The notes below the pieces were generated by a model. The model saw nothing but the letters and a program-made list of their open reading frames with translations. It searched no databases and was not told the DNA's origin. Shown piece by piece: positions 38,055-49,639 of a stretch of 64,000 nt of DNA. The stretch is from Pristiophorus japonicus. Lineage: Eukaryota. Position 1 is the stretch's first letter. Each line of letters opens with the position of its first letter. Made by a program: the position numbers and the translations under genes. Location: assembly GCF_044704955.1 (NCBI RefSeq), contig NC_091981.1, positions 176,576,001 to 176,640,000 on the forward strand. The letters are read 5' to 3'.

Positions 38055-40375
38055 ACAACTTGCATTTATATAGCACCTTTAATGTTGTAAGACGTCACAA
38101 GTCACCACAGGAGCGTTATCATACATAAAAACATAAAAAATAGGTGCAGGAGCAGCCCATTCGGCCCTTCGAACCTGCACCGCCATTCAATATGATCATG
38201 GCTCAGTACCCACCCCTGCCTTCTCTCCATACCCCGATCCCTTTAGCCGCAAGGGCCACATCTAACTCCCTTTTGAATATGTCCAACGAACTGGACTCCA
38301 CAACTTTCTGTGGCAGAGAATTCCATGTCCACAACTCTCTGGGTGAAAAAGTTTCTCCTCATCTCGGTCCTATTTGGCTTACCCCTTATCCTTAGACTGA
38401 GTCCCCTGGTTCTGGACTTCCCCAACATCGGGAACATTCATCCTGCATCTAACCTGTCCAGTCCCGTCAGAATTTTATACATTTCTATGAGATCCCCTCT
38501 CATTCTTCTAAATTCCAGTGAGTATAAGCCTAGCCGATCCAGTCTTTCCTCATATGTCAGTCCTGCCATCCCGGGAATCAGTCTGGTGAATCTTCGCTGC
38601 ACTCCCTCAATAGCAAGAATGTCCTTCCTCAGAATAGGAGAACAAAACTGCACACAATACTCAAGGTGTGGTCTCACCAAGGCCCTGTACAACTGCAGCA
38701 AGACCTCCCTGCTCCTATACTCAAATCCTCTCGCTATGGAGGCCAGCATGCCATTTGCTTTCTTCACCGCCTGCTGTACCTGCATGCCAACCTTCAATGA
38801 CTGATGTACCATGACACCCAAGTCTCGTTGCACCTCCCCTTTTCCTAATCTGTCACCTTTCAGATAATAATCTGCCTTCCTGTTTTTGCCACCAAAGTGG
38901 ATAACCTCACATTTATCCACATTATATTGCATCTGTCATGCATTTGCCCATTCACCTAACCAGTCCAAGTCACCCTGCAGCCTCTTAGCAGCCTCCTCAC
39001 AGCTCGCCCTGCCACCCAGCTTAGTGTCATCTGCAAACTTGGAGATATTACATTCAATTCCTTCGTCTAAATCATTAATGTACATTGTAAATGGCTGGGG
39101 TCCCAGCACTGAACCCTGCGGCACCCCACTAGTCACTGCCTGCCATTCTGAAAAGGACCCGTTTATTCCCAGTCTTTGCTTCCTGTCTGCCAACCAGTTC
39201 TCTATCCACGTCAATACATTACCCCCAATACCATGTGCTTTAATTTTGCACAGTAATCTCTTATGTGGGACCTTGTCAAAAGCCTTTTGAAGGTCCAAAT
39301 ACACCACATCCACTGGTTCTCCCTTGTCCACTCTACTAGTTACATCCTCAAAAAATTCTAGAAGATTTGTCAAGCATGATTTCCCTTTCATAAATCCATG
39401 CTGACTTGGACCGATCCTGTCACTGCTTTCCAAATGCGCTGCTATTACATCTTTAATTGATTCCAGCATTTTCCCCACCACTGATGTCAGGCTAACCGGT
39501 CTATAATTCCCTGTTTTCTCTCTCCCTCCTTTTTTAAAAAGTGGGGTTACATTACAAATATTGACACTGAACCACGTTAGGAGATATTAGGGCAGATGAC
39601 CAAAAGCTTGGACAAAGAGGCAGGTTTTATGGATCGTCTTAAGGGGGGGAAGAGAGGTAGAGATGGAGAGGGAATTCCAGAGATTAGGGCCTCGGCAGCT
39701 GAAAGCACGGCCACCAATAGTGGATCGATTAAAATCGGGGCTGCGCAAGAGGCCAGAATGGGAGGAGCACAGATATCTCAGAGGGTCATAGGGCTAGAGA
39801 AGGTTACGGAGATAAGGAGGTGTGAGACCATGGAGGGATTTGAAAACAAGGATGAGAATTTTAAAACTGAAGCATTGCTCAATCGGGAGCCAATGTAGGT
39901 CGGCGAGCAAAGGGGAGATGGGTGAACAGGTCTTGGTGCGAGTTAGGACAGTGGCAGCAGAATTTTGGATGAGCTCAAGTTTATGGGGGTTGGAAGATGG
40001 GAGACTGGCCAGGAATGTGTTGGACTAGTCAAGTCTAGAGGTAACAAATGCATGGATGAGGGTTTCAGCAGCAGACAAGCTGAGGCTGAGGCAGTGGCAG
40101 AGTTGGACAATGTTAAGCTGGTGGAAGTAGGCAGTCTTGGTGATGGAGTGGATATGTGATCAAGTATGATACCAAGTCTGGTTGAGCCTCAGACAGTCGG
40201 CAGTGAGAGAGATGGAGTCAGTGGCTAGGGAACGGAATTTGTTGTGGGGACCGAAGACAATGGCTTCGATCTTCCCAATATTTAGCTGCTCATCTAGTAC
40301 TGGATGTTGGACAAGCAATGTGACAAATTAGAGACATTGGAGGGGTCGTGAGAGATGGTGGTGAGATAGGGCTGG
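38055..40375 (-). mobile_element. L2 LINE 3' portion, split by a CR1 at 38122-39555
   Basis: L2 tail at 38055-38121. The body at 39556-40375 matches the L2 copies at 46630 and 56751 (tgaccaaaagcttgg...aagtctagaggtaacaaa). Confidence 0.8.
38122..39555 (-). mobile_element. CR1 LINE RT fragment
   Basis: ORFs 38936-39481 (QHGFMKGKSCLTN, KFADD), 38438-38932 and 38243-38437. Confidence 0.94.
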
Positions 40376-40524
40376 ATAGAACAAGGAATAAAACACAAGA
40401 GGATCTTGGAAAGGACAGTGCTAGTATACACATAGCAGCTATTAGATAATAAAGCACCTTGCTCAGTGCGTAAATGTAACACCTGGTATAACACTAAGCC
40501 TTGTTTACCAGGAATACCCCAGAT

Positions 40525-40825
40525 TTATATGCTCATCTGTGTTGAGTTAGTTGATCTCATCTAGAGTGGAAGTAGGGGCACGCCAATGGTCTCCATGCCC
40601 TGGGCTACGGTGGGGAAATAATCAGCTCGAGTTCCCACTCCTGAATTCTATCTTGTGACTTTTGCTGGAAAATGTATATCTGGACATCAGTGAGGATAGA
40701 ATCAGGCTCAGCTGTGATACCGCAATGGCTGAATATCCTATCAATATTCACACATGCCTCACCCATTAAAAAATGGCTATTTAGGCGAGATTCTGGAGGG
40801 CTGCTGGCACATGTTCAACATAACT
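40525..40825 (+). repeat. Decayed SINE-like interspersed repeat (family uncertain)
   Basis: Resembles a vertebrate SINE body as I recall it (tctgtg.tgagttag.tgatctc...gtaggggc...gtgaggat.gaatcaggctc). No second copy in the window. Confidence 0.4.
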
Positions 40826-41046
40826 CAGCAAGAACCCTCACACAAACACACAACTCTAAATCTTATTTTCCAATTCAGTTTCAGACTTAATTAACAAATC
40901 ATATGGATTAAGATTAAAAGCTCCTAGTTAAAAGACAAATGAAGAGGTTTCCATTTTCAATTGATCAGGGCAGATCCCCAAAGTTTAAATGTATTAATAT
41001 ATATGTATACATTGAAGAACAAAGCTCTCTCATTTAGTGTGGAAAC

Positions 41047-41258
41047 TGTTATAAATGTGGACTTGTATTTACTCTGTACAGCCACCAGAGGGCTCATTCC
41101 CCAGAGTCCCAAGGGATCCCATAATCACTTGGAAGCACAGGTATTTAAGAAGGTTTCACAAGTTGGAGAGGCATTCTGGAGACCTGCAATAAAAGACTAC
41201 GGTCACACTTTACTTTGAGCTCACAGTGTTCAGTCTGACTCTTTCTCCATACACAACA
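41047..41258 (+). repeat. 5' LTR of Gypsy C
   Basis: Direct repeat of 45374-45585. Confidence 0.95.
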
Positions 41259-44200
41259 ACTGGCGATGAGATACAGATAGCAAACCCAAAGATGCAGAGA
41301 ACAGTGGTCATCCTGGAGAAATTTTCAGAGGGAAATGATTGGGAAACTTTTGTGGAGCGACTCGACCAATACTTCGTGGCCAATGAGCTAGATGGGGAAG
41401 AGAGCGCTGCCAAATGTAGAGTGATCCTCCTCACCGTCTGTGGGGCACCAACGTATGGCCTCATGAAGAATCTGCTCACTCCAGCGAAACCCATGGAGAA
41501 ATCATACGACGATTTGTGCACACTGGTCCGAGAGCAGTTGAACCCGAAGGAAAGCGTTCTGATGGCGAGGTACTGGTTCTACACCTACAAAAGGTCTGAA
41601 GGCCAGGAAGTGGCGAGTTATGTCGCCGAGCTGAGACGCCTTGCAGGACATTGCGAATTTGAAGGACTTTTGGAGCACATGCTCAGAGACTTTTTCGTAC
41701 TCGGCATTGGCCACGAAACCACACTTCGCAAGCTTTTGACTGCAGAGACCCCAACCTTGAGTAAGGCCATAGCGATAGCCCAGGCGTTCATTGCCACCAG
41801 TGGCAATATTAAGCAAATCTCTCAGCACACAAGTGCTGCTACAAGTATTGTGAACAAAGTGATGTTGTTTTCGAATCGTAACAAACAGAGCAGGTCACAC
41901 ATACCTGCAGCTACACGTTCGCAGATGTCTCAGAGTCCACCATCAAGGGTGATGAATGCAAGGCCATTAACACCTTGTTGGCGCTGTGGGGATGATCACC
42001 GTTTCCATTCATGCCGATTTAAAGGATACGTTTGCAAGGGCTGTGGAACAATGGGACACCTCCAACTACTGTGCAGGCGAGTTGCTAAGCCTGTTAAACC
42101 TGCAAACCACCATGTTGCAGAGGAGGATAGATCCACGGAGGATCACTACGAACCAGAGCCTCAGATAGAGGAGGCAGAGGTACATGGGGTGCACACATTC
42201 ACCACGAATTGTCCCCCGATAATGCTGAATGTTGAACTAAATGGACTCCCAGTGTCAATGGAGCTGGACACGGGCGCGAGCCAGTCCATCATGGGCAAAA
42301 AGACTTTCGAAGGGTTGTGGTGCAACAAGGCCTCAAGGCCAGTCTTAACTCCAGTTCGCACGAGACTAAGAACTTACACTAAAGAACTGATTCCTGTAAT
42401 CGGCAGTGCTACCATAAAGGTCTCCTACGATGGAGCGGTGCACAAGCTACCACTCTGGGCTACCGGGCGATGGTCCCACGCTGCTCAGCAGGAGCTAGCT
42501 GGGAAAGATACGCTGGAACTGGGACGTCGTCCGAGCGCTATCGCCCGCTGATGACACTTTGTGTGCCCAGGTCTTAAACAAATTTCCTTCGCTGTTCGAA
42601 CCAGGCATCGGGAAATTTCAAGGAGCAAAAGTGCAGATCCACCTAATTCCGGGGGCGCGACCCATCCATCACAAGGCGAGAGCAGTACCGTACATGATGA
42701 TAGAAAGGGTAGTAATCGAGCTAGACCGGCTGCAACGAGAGGGCATCATTTCACTGATCGAGTTCAGCCAGTCCTATTGTCCCAGTCCTCAAGGGAGACG
42801 GCACGGTCAGAATCTGTGGCGATTGCAAAGTAACTATCAATCGTTTCTCCCTGCAGGACCAATACCCACTACCAAAAGCAACGACCTCTTTGCAACGCTG
42901 GCGGGAGGAAAGACGTTCATGAAGCTGGATCTGACTTCAGCCTACATGACGTAGGAACTGGAGGAATCATCGAAGGCCCTCCTCACCTGCATCAACATGC
43001 ACAAAGATCTTTTTGTTTATAACGGATGCCCGTTTGGAATCCGATCAGCGGTGGCGATATTCCAGAGAAACATGGCAAGTTTACTGAAGTCGGTCCCGCA
43101 CACTGGTCTTCCAGGACGACATCTTGGTCACAGGTCGGAACACAGTCAAGCACCTGCAGAACCTGGAGGAGGTTCTTGGTCGACTCAACCGCATGGCGCT
43201 TAGGTTAAAACGCTCAAAGTGTGTTTTCCTGGCACCTGAAGTGGAGTTCCTGGGAAGGAGGATTGCGGTGGACGGCATCAGGCCCACCAACGCGAAGACA
43301 GAGGCAATCGAGAACGGACCGAGGCCACAGAATGTGAGGGAACTGCGGTCATTTCCGGGACTCTTGAACTACTTTGGTAACTTCTTACTGGGTCTCAGCA
43401 CCCTGCTCGAACCACTACATGTCTTACTACGAAAAGGGGGCGAATGGGTTTGGGGCAAAAGCCAAGAAAATGCCTTTGTCAAAGCGAGAAAATTGTTATG
43501 CTCAAACAAATTGCTTGTGTTGTATGATCCATGTAAGCGTTTGGTACTAGCATGTGTTGCGTCGTCATATGGCGTCGGGTGTGTATTGCAACAAGCTAAT
43601 GTTTTTGGGAAACTGCAACCGGTTGCTTATGCATCCAGGAGTCTGTCTAAGGCTGAGAGAGCCTACAGCATGATTGAAAAAGAAGCGTTAGCATGTGTCT
43701 ATGGGGTAAAGAAAATGCATCAATACCTGTTTGGGTTAAAATTCGAATTGGAAACTAACCAGAAGCCACTTAGATCCCTGTTTTCCGAGAGTAAAGGGAT
43801 AAATACATCCAGAGATGGGCGCTCATGTTGTCCGCATACAAATACGCCATCCGCCACAGGCCAGGCACAGAAAACTACGCCGATGCTCTCAGTAGGCTGC
43901 CATTGCCCACCATGGGGGTGAAATGCCCGCATATCTAGCCATGGTTATGGAAGCAGTTGAGAGTGAGCAATCACCCATCACTGCCCGGCAGATCAAAACC
44001 TGGACAAGCCAGGACCCCTTATTATCTAGTCAAAAGTTGTGTGCTTTACGGGAGCTGGTCCAGTGTCCCAGTGGAAATGCAGGAAGAGATAAAGCCGTTC
44101 CAGCGGCGCAAAGACGAAATGTCTATATAGGCAGACTGCATTCTGTGGGACAATCGAGTAGTGGTTCCCAAGGAAGGCAGAAACACCTTCATCAATGACC

Positions 44201-45373
44201 TCCACAGTCCCCACCCAGGCATCGTAATGATGAAAGTGATAGCCAGATCCCACGTGTGGTGGCCCGGTATCAATGCGGACTTAGAGTCCTGCGTGCACAG
44301 ATGTAATACATGCTCGCAGTTAAGCAATGTACCAAGGGAGGCACCGGTAAGTTTGTGGTCTTGGCCCTCCAAACTGTGGTCTCGGGTACATGTCGACTAT
44401 GCAGGCCCGTTCTTGGGTAAAATGTTCCTTGTGGTTGTAGACACGTACTCCAAGTGGATTGAATGTGAGATAATGTCGGCTAGCACGTCCGCTGCCACCA
44501 CTGAAAGCCTGCGGGCCATGTTTGCCACACACGGCTTACCCGATGTCCTCGTGAGCGACAACGGGCCATGTTTTACCAGTGCTGAGTTCAAAGAATTCAT
44601 GACCCGTAACGGGATCAAACATGTCACATCTGCCCCGTTTAAACCAGCACCCAATGGTCAGGCAGAGAGAGCAGTGCAAACCATCAAGCAAGGCTTGAAG
44701 AGGGTAACTGAAGGCTCACTGCAGATTCGCTTATCCCGAGTCCTGCTTAGCTACTGCCCGAGACCACACTCACTCACTGGGATCCCACCTGTTGAACTGC
44801 TCATGAAAAGAGCACTTAAGACAAGGCTCTTGTTAGTTCATCCTGATCTACATGAACAGGTAGCGAGCAGGCGGCTTCAACAAAGTGCATTCCATGATAG
44901 TGCAAATGTGTCACTCGAGATTGAAGTCAATGATCCTGTATTTGTATTTAATCATGGACAAGTTCCCAAGTGGCTTCCCGGCACTGTCGTTGCCAAAGAG
45001 CGGAGCAGGGTTTTTCGGGTCAAACTTTCAAATGGACTCATTCACCGGAAACACTTGGACCAAATCAAACTCAGATTCACGAACTACCCTGAGCAACCCC
45101 CTTGGACTCTACCTTTTTTGATCCCCCACCACACACGCCAGTGGCAACCGGCACCACGGTTGACCATGAAGCAGAACCCATCATCCACAGCAGCCCTGCA
45201 GGGCCTAACACACCAGGCAGCCCAGCAAGGCCAGTTGCACAGCAGCCCAACAAGGGCCCAACAAATGATTCAACAACACCAACTTTCACACCGAGACAAT
45301 CAACTAGGGCAAGAAGAGCCCCAGATCGACTCAAATTGTAAATAGTTACACTATTGACTTTGGGGGGGAATGT

Positions 45374-45585
45374 TGTTATATATGTGGACTTGTATTTACT
45401 CTGGACAGCCACCAGAGGGCGTATTCCCCGGAGTCCCAAGGGATCCCATAATCCCTTGGGAGCACAGGTGTTTAAGAACGTTTCACAGGTTGGAGAGGCA
45501 CTCTGGAGACCTGCAATAAAAGACTAAGGTCACACTTTACTTTGAGCTCACAGTGTTCAGTCTGACTCTTTCTCCATACATAACA
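45374..45585 (+). repeat. 3' LTR of Gypsy C
   Basis: Direct repeat of 41047-41258. Confidence 0.95.
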
Positions 45586-46629
45586 GAAACAAACATGCAA
45601 TTGTGGGTGTGCAGCTCTAAAAAGACCACAAGGGCACAGCACAATTTGCGGGGGCGGGGGGGGGAAGGAGACTGTTTGCAGATGAGCTTGCCAGACCGAA
45701 TAAATCTACAACAGGTCTATTTTCAAATAGGAATTTCACGGTAAAGTTCAAATAGAAACATTCTTTCATTAGTCTAACAATTCAAATAAAGCAAATGAAA
45801 GGAAAAAAGGTGTTGGACAAAAACTCTAAAACACGAAGTCCAAGCTCTGGTTCTGTGTCACTAATCTATCAATAACTTTTTTACTATTCACTGCAATGTC
45901 CAGGTGAATATTTGGAAACGCCAGACCAACTAATTGGTGTTCACTGATCGGCTTTTGGAGCTGACTGTTTCTGTGTTCTATTAGTTGACCTAAGGCTCTT
46001 TTGAAAGGAGGAGCGGACCAATAAAAAAAAATCAGAGAAACACCCCCGCCCCTTGCCCAAGGCCCTGCATGACCAATAGAGGATTGACTCACAAATGCTT
46101 TTGTGTATAAATAAATGTAGGCTTTTGAGGATCAAGGATCTGAACACTTACTGATATATTTACACATTAGAAGGTTGTTCTGAAACTCCTACATTGAGCA
46201 TAGTGACAGTGAAATGTCACCAAAGGCACAAAACCAGAGGCTAAACTCACTAGTCAACAAGCAGGGGACATAATCACCATTACACAACCTGTCCAGCTTC
46301 CATGCAGTGCAAAAAATGGAAACTGGCACATCTAAATCAAAATTACTGACACAGACATACAGCAAATACTTTTAGGTGAACTAATAAATAATGAACACCA
46401 CCCTCACTTTGCATTTTAAATTGGCAGACAATGGTACTGTCTAATTCGGAAACTTTTAATTACTCAGTTTAGATAGTCAAATGTGAAGCTATGGTAATTT
46501 GGAACAAGCTCCTTGAATAATCAATGATAGATATGTCACCTTATTGGGGTTTCAAGAGAAAAAGTTAGATCAGTTGGATGATGGATGAACTGAAGGCTGT
46601 TCGAAACAGTCAGATCTTACTTTATCCCA

Positions 46630-47020
46630 CAACAACACCAACTTTTATTTATATAGCGCCTTTAAAAACGTCCCAAGGCGCTTCACAGCAGTATTATAAG
46701 GCAAAACAGATAAATTTGACACCAAGCCACATAAGAAGAAATTACGGCAGATGACCAAAAGCTTGGTCAAAGAGGTAGCTTTTAAGGAGCGCCTTAAAGG
46801 AGGAAAGAGAGGTAGAGATGCAGAGAGGATTAGGGAGGGAGTTCCAGAGCTTGGGGCCCAGGCGGCTGAAGGCACGGCCACCGATGGCTGAACAATTATA
46901 ATCAGGGATGCTCAAGAGAGCAGAATTTGAGGAGCGCAGATATCTCGGGAAGTTGTGACGCTGAAGGAGATTACGGAGATAGAAAGGGGCAAGTTCATGG
47001 AGGGATTTGTAAACAAGGAT
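46630..47020 (-). mobile_element. L2 LINE 3' end
   Basis: LVYKSLHELAP.YL...LRSSNS...GGRAFSRLGPKLWNSLP...FKALLKSYLF (3' part of ORF 46742-47116). Confidence 0.88.
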
Positions 47021-47205
47021 CACAACCAATGCATCCAGTATCTCTGCAGCCACCTCTTTTAGAACCCTAGGATGTAGGTAATCAGGACCAGGGGATTTGT
47101 CAGCTTTTAGTCCCATTAGTTTCTCAAGTACTTTTTCTCCACAGATATTAATTACTTTAGTACCTTACTCTCAGTAGCCCCTTAATTCCCCACTATTTTT
47201 GGTAG
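47021..47205 (-). mobile_element. CR1 ORF2 internal fragment fused to the L2
   Basis: MGLKADKSPGPDYLHPRVLKEVAAEILDALVVI. Confidence 0.82.
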
Positions 47206-49639
47206 CTGACGTATGAGTGTTTCTCAGATTTAGCATGTGCAGTTGGATAACAGGCCCCACTTTAAGAACACATGTGGATTTCTACTGTTAGTTATTGTTG
47301 TCATGTGGTATTTTCCATAGTTGGCTGTGTTTGTACCATGTAGTACTGATGTAAATTCGTGGAACGTTCTCATGTAACTGTTCCACAAGAAGTAATTTTG
47401 AAATTATAACAAAATAATAACATTAAAACATTTTCGGTTACGTTTGGACCAATGTAAATTTGTATCAAAATAGAAAGTTTATTTTGATTTAAAAAATATA
47501 CATAATAATTATTTTAAATATCTTTAGATTTTGGGGTTCTTTTCCCCTTTTACCTCCCTGTCCCTTCTGCAAGGAATGCAAAAACAAACATCATTGTTTT
47601 CCTTATTGGCAATTTTCAACATTATATTTTGCACTTATAATGGACAAATAGCTCTTTTTGTTGATACTTTCATTGTTTTCCAATTCTTGGTTGTAAAAAG
47701 ACGAATCAAATGAGCTGGGGATTTATAAAGTTGTCCAGGAAAATAAAACGCCAACATTTTCCATGGCACCATATATCAGCAGAGTATAGGTTTAGTAGAC
47801 AACAGTGTCACAAAGGAATAGAACGCAGATTATTTTTGCCATTTGATGTAAATTGGAACAATGTAACTTAGTCATGTGAAACCCTACCTAACTTGCCCCT
47901 TCCCCTATTTTGTAACCACCCCAAGCCTGAAGCATCAAAAACTACTATATACCAAATGAGCACAAATATGACAACAGACTCATATCGATAAATATTCCTA
48001 TAAAAGCCATGTAAAAAATGTAGAGGAACTGCATCAATAGATAAATCTATTTTTATTATTTCACTCCCTGGGAATAATAAAATGGAGAAAAATCAAACTC
48101 AAATATTTTTGAAATTTTGTTCATCTGAAAAATGTCATCAACTTATGGACAAACATTCTGTGAGAAGTGGCTAATCTAAACAACGGTCCCAATTCTGCTG
48201 CTTTTCGTTCTGTTAAAATACACACAGAACCATAGACCAAGCACATTACATGTAGCTAAAATTATGGAGAGTTCTGTGTCTTGAATTCTTGAGCTCAAGA
48301 TTTGCCTACTGGCAAATGTAATTACAAGTCCCAAAGTAAATCAGGCAGTCAGCATTTAAACCAGAAAAGGCAATTGTTCTTATGCTTTTGAACCACATTG
48401 AAGTGGCAGAACAATTGGTAGATTTGTGATTAGGTTGTTTCTGTATTTAACCAGTGATCCACTGAGAGCTGGGTAACTGACTGCATCCATTTCACTGTTC
48501 CGAAGTACATTTGCAGCTATGAGGAGATCCATTACCTTCCTTCCCTCCAATCTGCCATTTCTTTTACATTGAAAAGGATAAATAACCTATTCCAGATGGC
48601 ATTTTTGTTCGTTTTCAATTCTGTAAATTGTAAAAAAAAAGTCTATAGTGCTTTGCAGTACATTAGAACCAGAAGGTTGAGCAAAGTTCACCATACTACT
48701 ATGAAAAAGGCATTAAAACAGAATTCTGGAAATCATTCAAAATGTAATTCAATGAAACGTGGACAAAAGTATAAGGACTATTGAATATCATTCGCTGAGA
48801 GATTGAACTATTAAGCTGCATGCTCAAATTTCCAACAAAACTCATCATAATATTCCAGCAAACAGATTCATCAACCAAAAAGAGCTTCACATTTAATCAA
48901 TGATGTGATGATTATGTTGCAAAACTGTAAATGTTTCTGCAGACTAATTCCTTGTCTTCCAAAGAATATATGAGCAGGATACACTGCAGCTTAGTGCTTT
49001 GCCAAACAGTAAAATACTGACAAACTGTATATAGAGTAATTCAGTTCTTCTTGTTTTCATATTTTCGCACTTTCCTTTGGAGAGAATAGTGTGTAAAGTA
49101 GTGTAAGGATTTGCTGGCTGATCAACAGTCCGACAGGCCGTGATGTGAACATTCCTTCCAAGACCGTAACCATCTTTATATCAGCCAGTAGCAATGGTTA
49201 GTCCTAAACGTTGGGCTTCCACAATCCATACAATGAGGGGGCGGCACCCACACCCATTGAACACAAGTACACCACTGGATGTCAACCCAGAGTGCAGAGC
49301 CGGAGCTCTGGTTGGTCTCCACTTGCCTGGACTGTTTGGAGTGAGATTCAAACCCTGCAGCTGATTCAGCCAAGAAAGCTACCACTAAAAGAAAGGCTTG
49401 TTTCTACTAATTCAGTTATGCAGTCTGGATTTGCTCAGTATTTCTTTTAGAAAATAACTAAATCCTGTCATGTAGCTGTATTGTATTTCATGAGTTCTTG
49501 AAGCCTGATGCCAGTAGAGATAAGATGATATATTTATTCTGCTTATGTATAGGTGAGGAATTGAGAATTCACATTGAAAGTTTGAGGAGATCAGGAATAT
49601 TAAAAAGTTTGAACCGGATCTTGAGCCTACAAAAAGAGC

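Larger units (their letters stand above)
41047..45585 (+). mobile_element. Gypsy/Ty3 LTR retrotransposon C (full length, pol frameshifted)
   Basis: 212-bp LTRs at 41047-41258 and 45374-45585 (TG...CA), perfect TSD GAAAC, PBS TGGCGATGAG and G-run PPT. Open gag-protease 41292-42551 (two Cys/His knuckles, ELDTGAS), RT/RNase H pieces, and integrase 44161-45345. Confidence 0.96.

Noticed and set aside
41226-45345. Active or domesticated Gypsy gene
   Set aside because: Despite long gag and integrase ORFs, the RT region has frameshifts and stops and the LTRs have diverged.
46010-46115. Promoter-like cluster (two CCAAT boxes, a GC box, TATAAA)
   Set aside because: Short motifs only, with no CpG island or downstream exon identified.
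49100-49400. GC-richer island that may be an old repeat or exon
   Set aside because: No recognisable family, protein motif or convincing splice pair.
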